From Lentisphaeria bacterium (GTDB taxonomy: Bacteria > Verrucomicrobiota > Lentisphaeria > Victivallales > Victivallaceae), in NCBI GenBank assembly GCA_017628235.1, contig JAGBZM010000003.1, positions 1 to 54,228 of the forward strand: a stretch of 54,228 nucleotides of DNA, given 5' to 3'. Positions 8,828 through 17,535 of the stretch are shown piece by piece. Numbering within the stretch: the stretch's first letter is position 1; each line of letters begins with the position of its first letter. The translations under genes and the position numbers were made by a program. The notes beneath the pieces were generated by a model that had not been told where the DNA came from, did not search any database, and saw nothing but the letters and a program-made list of their open reading frames with translations.

Positions 8828-11404
8828 TTATGCGAAGCTCAATTCTCCATCTTTGACCGAAACATCCACCTGTTGATTTTCATTGATCTCTCCGGCGATG
8901 ATCTTATGTGACAATGGCGTTTCCAGCAGCCGGATGACTGCCCGCTTCAACGGCCGCGCACCGAAGTCCGGATCATAACCGGCACGGGCAATGAATTCCA
9001 CCGCCGCTTCATCGACATTCAGCGTGATCCCGTTTTCCAGCAGCCGGGCCGCCAGCTTGTTGATCTGCAGTCGGGCTATTTTCTGCAGTTCCTTTTCCGA
9101 CAGAGATTTGAATATGAGCGTCTCATCTATCCGGTTGAGAAATTCCGGCCGGAAGTGACGGCGCAATTCCATATTCAATTCTGCTTTCAGAGTTTCCTCA
9201 TCCTTGTTCCGGCTGCTCAGGATCATGGAGCTGCCCAGATTGCTGGTCATAATGATGATCGTATTCTTGAAGTTGACCGTCCGCCCCTGCGAATCTGTTA
9301 CCCTGCCGTCTTCAAGTATCTGCAGAAGTATATTGAATACATCGCTGTGAGCCTTTTCGATCTCATCAAAAAGTACCACCGCATAGGGACGGCGGCGCAC
9401 CGCTTCAGTCAATTGACCACCCTCCTCGTAACCAACATATCCCGGCGGCGCACCGATCAGCCGGGAAACACTGAATTTTTCCATATATTCAGACATGTCT
9501 ATCCGGATCATGGCACGTTCATCGTCAAAGAGCTGCCGGGCCAGACTGCGGGCCAATTCCGTTTTGCCCACCCCGGTCGGACCGAGAAATATGAAACTGG
9601 CGATCGGACGGGCCGGATCGTGCAGTCCGGCTCTGGCCCGCAGAACCGCATCACTCACCGCAGAAACAGCCTCATCCTGTCCAATGACACTTTCATGCAA
9701 AGTCGCGGCCAGCGAGAGCAGTTTTTCTTTTTCGCTCTGCACCAGTTTGGTCACCGGGATATTGGTCCAGCGGCTGATGATATCTGCGATATCCTCTTCA
9801 TCGACTTCCTCTTTGAGCATACGCGAAGCGTGATCGTTCCGGATCGCGGCTTCGGCATCGGCAAGTTCTTTTTCCAATTTCGGAATGGTGCCGTGCCGCA
9901 ATTCAGCGGCGCGTTCCAGATCATAAGAACGTTCTGCTTTTTCCAGTTGTCCTCTGGCCAGATCGAGTGCTTCACGGCAGTCGCGCAGTTGAGCGATGGT
10001 ACGTTTTTCATTATCGTAACGTGCCTGCAGCTCTTTGCCTTTTTCCCGCAACTCGGCAGCCTCTTTTTCCAATTCCTCTCTCCGTTTGATGCCCGAAGCA
10101 TCCTTTTCATTACGCAAACTGGTCAATTCGATCTCCAACTGCATGAGTTTGCGCTGATTTTCGTCCAGTTCCCTCGGACTGCTGTCGATGCCGGTCCGCA
10201 GTGCGGCGGCAGCTTCATCGACCAGATCGATGGCCTTGTCCGGAAGGAAACGCTCGGAAATGTATTTGTCCGAAAGCACTGCGGCGGCGACCAATGCACT
10301 GTCTTTGATCCGGACTCCGTGATGCAGTTCATACCGTTCTTTCAGGCCTCGCAGGATGGAAATGGTATCTTCCACCCCCGGCGGATTGACCAGCACCGAC
10401 TGGAACCGGCGTTCCAGTGCGGCATCTTTTTCAATATATTTGCGGTATTCGTCCAGAGTGGTAGCGCCGATGCAGTGCAGTTCTCCCCGGGCGAGCATGG
10501 GTTTGAGCAAATTTCCGGCATCCATTGCCCCCTCAGATGCTCCGGCTCCGACAACGGTATGCAATTCATCGATAAAAAGGATCACTTTCCCATCACTGGA
10601 AGTTACCTCTTTAAGGACAGCTTTCAATCTTTCCTCAAATTCGCCGCGATATTTTGCTCCGGCGATCAAAGCTCCCATATCGAGTGCTGCCACCCGGCGG
10701 TCTTTGAGATTTTCCGGGACGTCACCGCGGACAATCCGGCGGGCCAGACCTTCGACGATTGCGGTTTTGCCGACTCCCGGTTCGCCGATAAGGACCGGAT
10801 TGTTTTTGGTACGGCGCGAGAGGATCTGGATGACCCGGCGGATCTCCTCATCCCGGCCGATCACCGGATCAAGTTTATCCTGCATCGCCATCAGAGTCAA
10901 ATCGCGCGAATATTTTTTCAGAGCTTCAAATGTACTTTCCGGGTCCGGGGAAGTTACGCGCTGGTTGCCGCGCAGACTTTGCAGGCTTTCCAGAATTTTT
11001 TCAGCTGAAATGCCCGACTCATGGAGTAATTCAGCGGCTTTGCCGCTTCCGCAGGCCAGAGCCAGGAAGAGGTGTTCGATACTGACATATTCATCGCCCA
11101 TTTCGCCGGCTTTTTTCGTGGCGTTATTCAAAACGGCACTGAATTCTCCGGTCATCGCTGCTTCCGGTTGGTTATCTCCTTCGAGCCGGGGCAGCTGGGT
11201 CATGGCTGCGGCAACTTTGTTCCGGAATAGTTCCCAGTTGACTCCGAGTTTTTCCAGAATCGAATTGACCAGATTTTCCCGGTCTTCCAGCAGGGCATCA
11301 AGCAGATGCAGCGGACGCAATTCGGTATTTTTTGCACTTTCGGCAAGTTGTTTGGCGAGCATCAGGGCTTCGCGGCTTTTATTGGTGAATTTTTCGATGT
11401 TCAT
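8828..11404 (-). CDS. clpB: ATP-dependent chaperone ClpB (two AAA+ modules with a coiled-coil middle domain)
   Basis: 858 aa with two Walker A sites ([18 protein letters not shown]), a long coiled-coil insert and the Clp N-domain. Confidence 0.97.
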   Translation of the reverse strand: MNIEKFTNKSREALMLAKQLAESAKNTELRPLHLLDALLEDRENLVNSILEKLGVNWELFRNKVAAAMTQLPRLEGDNQPEAAMTGEFSAVLNNATKKAGEMGDEYVSIEHLFLALACGSGKAAELLHESGISAEKILESLQSLRGNQRVTSPDPESTFEALKKYSRDLTLMAMQDKLDPVIGRDEEIRRVIQILSRRTKNNPVLIGEPGVGKTAIVEGLARRIVRGDVPENLKDRRVAALDMGALIAGAKYRGEFEERLKAVLKEVTSSDGKVILFIDELHTVVGAGASEGAMDAGNLLKPMLARGELHCIGATTLDEYRKYIEKDAALERRFQSVLVNPPGVEDTISILRGLKERYELHHGVRIKDSALVAAAVLSDKYISERFLPDKAIDLVDEAAAALRTGIDSSPRELDENQRKLMQLEIELTSLRNEKDASGIKRREELEKEAAELREKGKELQARYDNEKRTIAQLRDCREALDLARGQLEKAERSYDLERAAELRHGTIPKLEKELADAEAAIRNDHASRMLKEEVDEEDIADIISRWTNIPVTKLVQSEKEKLLSLAATLHESVIGQDEAVSAVSDAVLRARAGLHDPARPIASFIFLGPTGVGKTELARSLARQLFDDERAMIRIDMSEYMEKFSVSRLIGAPPGYVGYEEGGQLTEAVRRRPYAVVLFDEIEKAHSDVFNILLQILEDGRVTDSQGRTVNFKNTIIIMTSNLGSSMILSSRNKDEETLKAELNMELRRHFRPEFLNRIDETLIFKSLSEKELQKIARLQINKLAARLLENGITLNVDEAAVEFIARAGYDPDFGARPLKRAVIRLLETPLSHKIIAGEINENQQVDVSVKDGELSFA

Positions 11405-11486
11405 AATAAAATCCTCCTTTGTTTCAGGTTTTCCATCCGGATTACAAGCAAAAAGTGTGCCGGAGAGGATTTTCAGGCCGGCTGAC

Positions 11487-11515
11487 TTGAAAAGCAGAGT
11501 GTGTCAGTGTATATT
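11487..11515 (+). promoter_or_regulatory. Sigma-70-like promoter candidate for the TrmH-family gene
   Basis: TTGAAA (11487-11492), a 17-nt spacer, then TATATT (11510-11515). Confidence 0.5.
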
Positions 11516-11567
11516 AATGACCCGGTAATGTGTCATATCAACACACTATAATGAAAGAATACGATTT

Positions 11568-12389
11568 ATGGAATTCATCTCCATCACCAGTGCCCAGAAT
11601 CCGGCACTGAAACATCTGGTCAAACTGCGTGACCGCCGTACCCGGGATAAAGAGAATCTGACTATTCTGGAGGGATACCGGGAGTTGACCCGGTCACGCG
11701 AATACGGTATGGAACTGGTGGAGTGCTACTTCTCTCCGGAACATTTCCTCGGCAGCAATGAATTTCCCCTGTTGGAGGAGATCGCCGCCTCCGGAGTGAA
11801 GGTCACACGTCTGGCTCCGCATCTGCTGGAAAAGGTTACTTACCGCGACCGTCCGGAGGGATTGCTGGCGGTGGCGAAAATGCGTAAGCATGAGTTGAGT
11901 CAGCTGCCGGAATTTGATGCTCCGTTATATCTGGTGGCGGAAACCATCGAAAAACCGGGAAATCTCGGTTCCATGCTCCGCAGTGCCGATGCCGCCGGAG
12001 CTGATGCCCTGATCGTATGTGAACGCAAAACCGATTTATACAATCCCAATGTGATCCGGGCCAGTACCGGAGCGATATTTTCGGTTCCGGTCGGTGTGTG
12101 TGACAATGCTTCGGCATTGGATTATCTGCGTAAGCGCAATATCAAGATCCTTGCGGCAACTCCGCATACTGATTTCAAATATACTGATGTGGATTTAACG
12201 CAGGGCGTGGCGGTCGTTGTCGGTGCCGAACAGACCGGATTGACTGATTTCTGGATGGAACAGGCGGATTTGAAAGTGAATATCCCGATGCTGGGCAAAA
12301 TCGATTCACTGAATGTGGCTTCTGCCGCCACAATTCTGCTTTATGAAGCTGCCCGGCAGCGGAAGTTTGTCCGGCGTGAAGAAAAATGA
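11568..12389 (+). CDS. TrmH/SpoU-family RNA 2'-O-methyltransferase
   Basis: 273 aa with SpoU motifs LVAETIEKPGNLGSMLRSADAAGA, VVGAEQTGL and IPMLGKIDSLNVASAATILLYE. Confidence 0.85.
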   Translation: MEFISITSAQNPALKHLVKLRDRRTRDKENLTILEGYRELTRSREYGMELVECYFSPEHFLGSNEFPLLEEIAASGVKVTRLAPHLLEKVTYRDRPEGLLAVAKMRKHELSQLPEFDAPLYLVAETIEKPGNLGSMLRSADAAGADALIVCERKTDLYNPNVIRASTGAIFSVPVGVCDNASALDYLRKRNIKILAATPHTDFKYTDVDLTQGVAVVVGAEQTGLTDFWMEQADLKVNIPMLGKIDSLNVASAATILLYEAARQRKFVRREEK

Positions 12390-12418
12390 TTTGCCGCACC
12401 TGACTGCCGGCAACTGTT

Positions 12419-12470
12419 TCCCGGTATTCCGGCCGGATTTATCCGGTATGGATGTGCCGGGAATTTTTTT
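12419..12470 (+). terminator. Possible terminator after the TrmH-family gene
   Basis: TCCCGG/CCGGGA closing stem around an internally structured loop, followed by ATTTTTTT. Confidence 0.45.
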
Positions 12471-12479
12471 ATCTGAATC

Positions 12480-12507
12480 TTGAAATACCTTGATTATGTG
12501 GTATATT
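12480..12507 (+). promoter_or_regulatory. Sigma-70-like promoter candidate upstream of the structured RNA region
   Basis: TTGAAA (12480-12485), a 16-nt spacer, then TATATT (12502-12507). It is immediately followed by a 7-bp hairpin and T-run (12517-12541), so its output is unclear. Confidence 0.35.
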
Positions 12508-12565
12508 ATCCATATTGCAGTCTGGGAGACTGCGGCTTTTTAAAAACCGTTATATTTCAGCAAAT

Positions 12566-12702
12566 GTGCCGAAAAGCCGACCAAGTTAAAACCATATTTG
12601 CGCGAATCGTTGAAAAAACAGCTCCGGGTGGATTGTGCCTGCACAACTTACCGGACACTTTCTTGTGTATTCGCGCTGGCTCTTGGTCGGGCCTTTCGGC
12701 AC
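12566..12702 (+). ncRNA. Candidate structured ncRNA with 6S-RNA-like architecture (long closing stem, internal loops, terminal stem)
   Basis: About 21-bp closing stem GTGCCGAAAAGCCGACCAAG / CTTGGTCGGGCCTTTCGGCAC. An 8-bp stem GCGCGAAT/ATTCGCGC follows. Then comes an asymmetric, largely unpaired central region and the terminal stem CCGG..GGATTGTG/CACAACTT..CCGG. Two G.U pairs work only on the plus strand. A T-run lies at about 12716-12725. Confidence 0.4.
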
Positions 12703-12784
12703 ATGCAGGGGGGTGTCCTTTTTTATTTCCTGATGTCTGATCTATGCGGCGAAAAGGAACTTTATCAGGAAAGGAATGTGTGTT

Positions 12785-13426
12785 ATGGCAGAATTCAATT
12801 TCAACTGCCGGAATTGCGGCAATGAACTTCGTGCCGCTGAAGAGTATCGCGGCATGGAAACCCTGTGTCCGTTGTGCGGGAAAAATACTGTCATTATGGA
12901 AAATGAAGCAGCCGCCAGCAAAATCCCGGTTAAAAAAATACCGCAAAAAATATCGGCTGTCAGTGATTTTTATCAGAAAAACCGGAAATCCTGTCTGATC
13001 GGAACCGCGTGGGCGGCATCGTTGGCTGTTTCAGTCTTGGCGACCGCCATGCTGTGCCGGGACAATGCTGCAAAAGTCAATTCACAACCAGTTGCGGTTC
13101 CCGCAGTTACTGCTGCTGCCACCGATCCGTCCGAATCGATAAAAAATAACATTCACACTCTCATCAACAACTATCTGGATGCACTCCAGAGGGGGTCTTA
13201 CAATATTACCGGATATTTTGTCGATCCGCGTGAGATAACGACTTTTAAGGGTGACATCGATGATTGGAAAATTATCGGTACTTCCGATAAGCAGTGGAAC
13301 AGTAAACGCAATTATGTGAAAGTGATAATAAACTTTTCCGATGGTTCAGTCGCGCGCAAACATTATACTTTTCGTGTGGAACAGCACAATAATCAGTGGA
13401 AAATCGGTCGTGTCGGCGATTTTTAA
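12785..13426 (+). CDS. Zinc-ribbon membrane-anchored protein of unknown function
   Basis: CRNCGNEL...CPLCGK zinc ribbon, one TM helix (LIGTAWAASLAVSVLATAMLC) and a C-terminal alpha+beta domain. ATG 12785 is preferred over 12776 on SD spacing. Confidence 0.6.
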   Translation: MAEFNFNCRNCGNELRAAEEYRGMETLCPLCGKNTVIMENEAAASKIPVKKIPQKISAVSDFYQKNRKSCLIGTAWAASLAVSVLATAMLCRDNAAKVNSQPVAVPAVTAAATDPSESIKNNIHTLINNYLDALQRGSYNITGYFVDPREITTFKGDIDDWKIIGTSDKQWNSKRNYVKVIINFSDGSVARKHYTFRVEQHNNQWKIGRVGDF

Positions 13427-13500
13427 CCAATAACCGGAAAACATACCGCCATTGCCGGAACTTCGCAAAGATCAGCGGTATTTCCATTTTTTCATTCAGG

Positions 13501-13542
13501 AAAAAATAAAGGGGCTGTTTTGCAACAGCCCCCTTGATTTTT
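13501..13542. terminator. Bidirectional intrinsic terminator between the zinc-ribbon gene and pnp
   Basis: 9-bp stem GGGGCTGTT/AACAGCCCC flanked by an A-run upstream and a T-run downstream. Confidence 0.75.
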
Positions 13543-13556
13543 CAGCAGTCACTGAA

Positions 13557-15671
13557 TCAGGCATCCATCTCTTTGAGCGCGGCTTTGCGGCTCAAGCGGA
13601 TTTTGCCGGAATTGTCAATGTCGATGACTTTGACGGTAACGAAGTCGCCTTCGCTGCAGATATCGGTGACTTTATTCACGCGGTAATCGGCCATTTCGGA
13701 GATGTGGAGCAGACCGTCCATGCCGGGCAGAATTTCCACGAAAGCACCGAAGTCACGGATAGTGACCACTTTTCCGCGATAGATTTTACCGACTTCCGCT
13801 TCGGCGGTGCTGGCGATAACGCGGTCTTTTGCAGCATTGAGCTGTTCGAGATTGGCGGCCATGATTTTGACAGTACCGTCTTCTTCCACGTCGATGCTGG
13901 CACCGGTTTCATCGGTGATGGAACGGATATTTTTACCGCCGGGGCCGATGAGGGCACCGATTTTGTCCGGATTGATCTTGACCACATCGATTCGCGGTGC
14001 GCGCGGACTGATATCGGCACGCGGTGCGGCGATGCATTCTTCGATGACATCGAGGATCTTCAACCGGGCGATCCGGTTGCGTTCCATTGCTTCGCAGAGC
14101 AGGTCGATCGGAATGCCCGGCAGCTTCAGGTCGAGCTGGAAACCGGTGATCCCGTCGCGGGTACCGCAAACTTTGAAGTCCATATCACCGAAGTGGTCTT
14201 CCGCACCGAGGATATCGGTCAGCAGCAGACGTTCACCATTGTCACCGGTGACCAGACCGCAGGAGATTCCGGCGACCGGAGCAGTGATCGGTACACCGGC
14301 ATCCATCAGTGCCAGAGTGGCACCGCAGACACTGGCCATTGAGGTTGAACCGTTGGAACTCATGATTTCGGAAACGCAGCGCACCACATAGGGGAATTCT
14401 GCCGGAACCACTTTGGCGACAGAACGCTCAGCCAGATTGCCGTGTCCGATCTCGCGGCGTCCGGGACCGGCGATCCGGCCGACTTCGCCGACACTGTAGT
14501 TGGGGAAGTTGTAGTGCAGATAGAAGCGTTTGACGGCATTGCCGGTGACGCTGGTCAGATCATCAAATTCCTGAGCATCTTTTTCATTGCCGAGCGTGGC
14601 GATGACCAGAGCCTGAGTTTCACCCCGGGAGAAAAGGGCACTGCCGTGAACCACCGGCAGCACATCCACTTCCGCAGAAAGCGGACGGATATCGGTAACA
14701 GTACGGCCGTCGGGACGGAAGTGTTTTTCCAGAATCAGTTTGCGGGTGATGGTACGCACATAATCATCGAAGCCTTTGGCAGTCTCCAGATTGAAGTCGG
14801 CATCACTCATATCGGAAAATTGTGCGCGCAGTGCGGTACGGGCATTAGCCAGCATGTCGTTAAGAGCATTCTGCCGGTTCTCTTTGCCGGGAATGGTGCA
14901 GGTACTCTCGATATCAGCCGCGCAGAACTCTTCCAGAGCTTTCTGGAGAGCTTCGGGAACCAGATAGTAATGATACTCTTTTTTGGCCCGTCCGGCGATT
15001 TTTGCCAGTTCGATCTGGGCGGCGCACTGCCGTTTGATCGCTTCATTGGCGCAGTACATTGCTTCGCGCATTTCGGTTTCGGTAACAAAGTTGGCTTCAC
15101 CCTCGATCATGATGACCTGATCGGGCATACCGGCGTAGATCAATTCGAGAGTGCTTTTTTCCATCTGGCTGCGGGTGGGGTTGACGATATACTGACCGTC
15201 GACTTTGCCGACCCGGACGGCACCGATGGGGCCTTCAAAAGGCAGATCCGAGAGCATCAGACTGGCGGAAGCACCGACCATCGCCAGCACATCGGCATCA
15301 TTGACTCCATCTGCACTCAAAAGCATGCACTGTACCTGAACTTCGTGGAAAAAGCCTTTCGGGAACAGCGGGCGGATGGGGCGGTCGATCATCCGGCAGG
15401 TCAGGATCTCTTTGGTAGAGGGGCGGCCTTCGCGTTTGATGTAACCGCCGGGAAATTTACCGGCAGCGGAGTATTTTTCGCGGTAATCTACCTGCAGCGG
15501 GAAAAAGTCGCTGCCTTCGCGGGGCTCACCGGAACAGGCGGCGGCGATGATAATGGTGTCTCCGAGCCGGACCAGACAGCTGCCGTTGGCCAGACCTGCC
15601 ATTTTACCGGTGGAGATTTCCATCGTTCTGGTGTCATCCAGTTGGAAGACGATTTTCTTTTCTTCACCCAT
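13557..15671 (-). CDS. pnp: Polyribonucleotide nucleotidyltransferase (PNPase)
   Basis: 704 aa with two RNase PH domains followed by KH and S1 domains ([18 protein letters not shown]). Confidence 0.97.
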   Translation of the reverse strand: MGEEKKIVFQLDDTRTMEISTGKMAGLANGSCLVRLGDTIIIAAACSGEPREGSDFFPLQVDYREKYSAAGKFPGGYIKREGRPSTKEILTCRMIDRPIRPLFPKGFFHEVQVQCMLLSADGVNDADVLAMVGASASLMLSDLPFEGPIGAVRVGKVDGQYIVNPTRSQMEKSTLELIYAGMPDQVIMIEGEANFVTETEMREAMYCANEAIKRQCAAQIELAKIAGRAKKEYHYYLVPEALQKALEEFCAADIESTCTIPGKENRQNALNDMLANARTALRAQFSDMSDADFNLETAKGFDDYVRTITRKLILEKHFRPDGRTVTDIRPLSAEVDVLPVVHGSALFSRGETQALVIATLGNEKDAQEFDDLTSVTGNAVKRFYLHYNFPNYSVGEVGRIAGPGRREIGHGNLAERSVAKVVPAEFPYVVRCVSEIMSSNGSTSMASVCGATLALMDAGVPITAPVAGISCGLVTGDNGERLLLTDILGAEDHFGDMDFKVCGTRDGITGFQLDLKLPGIPIDLLCEAMERNRIARLKILDVIEECIAAPRADISPRAPRIDVVKINPDKIGALIGPGGKNIRSITDETGASIDVEEDGTVKIMAANLEQLNAAKDRVIASTAEAEVGKIYRGKVVTIRDFGAFVEILPGMDGLLHISEMADYRVNKVTDICSEGDFVTVKVIDIDNSGKIRLSRKAALKEMDA

Positions 15672-15939
15672 GATACAATATTCCTTATGTATAGGTTATT
15701 ATTTGGCAGAGAGTCGAAGCGGAACGCTTCCTGACGGGGATGTTTCCGGAACATGACCGGCGGAATCCCGTTATCACATCCCCTGCTGTAAATAATTGGC
15801 ACAGGAGGTGATAACGACCGAATCCCACATGTCTTTTCTGCCCCGGTATCTCCGGCGGTTTACCGCTTCTCGACCCTGCATTGTTATACTTTTGAGGCGA
15901 TTATCGCAAATTGCCTCACTATAATATATCTTCACAAAC
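15672..15939 (-). promoter_or_regulatory. Long structured 5' leader of pnp
   Basis: 268-nt non-coding gap with partly overlapping 8-bp stems: GGGGATGT/ACATCCCC (15736-15743 / 15776-15783) and GTTATCAC/GTGATAAC (15770-15777 / 15808-15815). No rpsO ORF is present. Confidence 0.4.
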
Positions 15940-17076
15940 TTATTTTTTCAAGTCCGGCAGGTTCACCGAGGGGGCAATAGCTGACATTTTTTTATAATAA
16001 GTCAGTGCTGTTTGTGCTTTGGCGAGCTGTTTCGGGGCATCAGCCAGATCATTGCATGCGCTTTGTGCCAGTTGTGCGGCGAGGTCATTGCGGCCGATGC
16101 TGTGCAGTATCCGGGCATAATCCAGGGCATACATTGCTCTGGCGGCCGGGGTGGCGAAAGCCTGACTTTGCCAACCGGCGGCGGCCAGATCGATCGCGGT
16201 ACGCAGATCCAGTTTTTCCGGCGGCAGTTTGCATTCAGCAGCGGCAAAAGCGATCAGCACATCCGGTTTTCCGGCGAAATTCTTTTTCAATCTGGCGAAA
16301 AAATCCGGCAGCAGATCTGTTTTTTCCCGTTCTCCGATAAGCAGGTATTCCAATTCAAAGATCCGGTAATTTTCCGGTTCTCTCTGCTGGGCCTGATGAA
16401 GCAGGGCGAGGGCATCGGAGAAGCGGTCAAGTTTTTTCAGCAAAGTCAGCTGTTGTTTGAGCAGATCAAATTTTTCCGGATGTTTCTGATATTCTCCGGC
16501 AATTATGGCAAGGGCTTTTTCCGTTTCATTATTTTTCAATGCCGCATTGACATTATTTTCAAAGATTTCCACTCTGATCTCCTCTTTGAGATCAAATTTT
16601 CCCTGACGGCAGCGGCGCAATACTGCCGGCAGATGACGGAGACTGCCGCGCCAGAGGATGGTGCCGGATTTGTCCAGCAGCACCGTCAGCGGCATCGGAT
16701 CTCCCTGACGCAGAAGCAGTTTTTTCAACGCGCCCTTGTCGGCATTGACCGGAAAACCCAGCCGCAGTGCCCCGGGGAAACGCTGCAATCCGGACAATTC
16801 ACCGATTCCGGCCCCGATGAATCTGACATCTTTGCTGTTGTTTTCAGCGATATTGGCGACCCGGGAAAATTCTATCAGGGCCGCCTGATTCATCTCCCAG
16901 AGGAATAATACGGTAAAGTCTTTATCGGCAAGTTCCTGCAAAGTTCTGGTACTGCCATCCAGAAACAGCGGAGAGGGCAGATGTGAGAGCCGTTCGCCGG
17001 TGGATATTACTCCGGCACTCAACGGCAGCAGCGCAGCAAGAACGGTCAGCAAAAAACCATATTTTGCTGTCTGCAT
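15940..17076 (-). CDS. Secreted thioredoxin-like-fold (TlpA-like, no CxxC) plus TPR-repeat protein
   Basis: Internal ATG 17076 gives the signal peptide MQTAKYGFLLTVLAALLPLSAG. The TlpA-like pattern is VLFLWEMNQAA...FPVNADKG...PLTVLLDKSGTILWRG, with no Cys pair. The C-terminal half is helical-repeat. Confidence 0.7.
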   Translation of the reverse strand: MQTAKYGFLLTVLAALLPLSAGVISTGERLSHLPSPLFLDGSTRTLQELADKDFTVLFLWEMNQAALIEFSRVANIAENNSKDVRFIGAGIGELSGLQRFPGALRLGFPVNADKGALKKLLLRQGDPMPLTVLLDKSGTILWRGSLRHLPAVLRRCRQGKFDLKEEIRVEIFENNVNAALKNNETEKALAIIAGEYQKHPEKFDLLKQQLTLLKKLDRFSDALALLHQAQQREPENYRIFELEYLLIGEREKTDLLPDFFARLKKNFAGKPDVLIAFAAAECKLPPEKLDLRTAIDLAAAGWQSQAFATPAARAMYALDYARILHSIGRNDLAAQLAQSACNDLADAPKQLAKAQTALTYYKKMSAIAPSVNLPDLKK

Positions 17077-17077
17077 T

Positions 17078-17461
17078 TTACTGCTCTCCGCGATATGCTT
17101 CCGGAGGCAATTCCACATCGGAAACGCGCTCTTTTCTGTTTATTTTCCAGCGATTGTAGAAGTTATTTCCCCAACCGGCCAGTTTTCCTTCCTGAAAGAC
17201 CAGCGGGAAGCACTCCTCTTCGGTGATGAGGCCGTCGAGCCAGTTGCAGTCAAAGTAGTAATACCAGATGTCCGGCTGATTGAAACTCTCCTCTTTCAGC
17301 GGTTCACCCATAATGGTCAAAACTTCCGCTTTGGTCATGCCGATGCGGAGCTGTTTGGAATTGTTGATATTCTTTTCCGCGATCTTATAAGGATTGTACG
17401 ATTCACAACCGATACCGAATGCCAGAGCCATAAATCCGGCCAGAAAAATACGTTTCAGCAT
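17078..17461 (-). CDS. Small lipoprotein, BamE/SmpA-OmlA-like
   Basis: Lipobox FGIGC and the motif GMTKAEVLTIMGEP. Its stop is 1 nt from the start of the downstream gene. Confidence 0.7.
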   Translation of the reverse strand: MLKRIFLAGFMALAFGIGCESYNPYKIAEKNINNSKQLRIGMTKAEVLTIMGEPLKEESFNQPDIWYYYFDCNWLDGLITEEECFPLVFQEGKLAGWGNNFYNRWKINRKERVSDVELPPEAYRGEQ

Positions 17462-17535
17462 AATTTTTTCCTTTGTTTCATGTAAATTGTAAATTTTCTG
17501 TATCCGGTTAAATATAGCTCACAATCGGGCTTTTG

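Noticed and set aside
9155-11008. 617-aa ORF antisense to clpB. Similar cases are 13452-14342 and 14442-15734 opposite pnp, 17533-18657, 16012-16908, 22625-23866 and 43956-44828.
   Set aside because: For the clpB, pnp and SPFH cases I checked the coordinates modulo 3, and the ORFs sit in the same codon-complement register. The others look like the same artefact but I did not check their register. The sense strands encode unmistakable conserved proteins, and the antisense translations have no recognisable motifs.
12557-12946. 129-aa minus-strand ORF covering the 6S-like hairpin and the start of the zinc-ribbon gene
   Set aside because: It has no SD, overlaps a better-supported plus-strand gene, and its 3' half runs through a near-palindromic RNA structure that would produce an ORF-like frame on either strand.
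15672-15939. Search for a small rpsO (S15) gene upstream of pnp
   Set aside because: No ORF of suitable size or composition exists in the gap. The only ORF (15488-15802, minus strand) overlaps the pnp start and shows no S15-like sequence.
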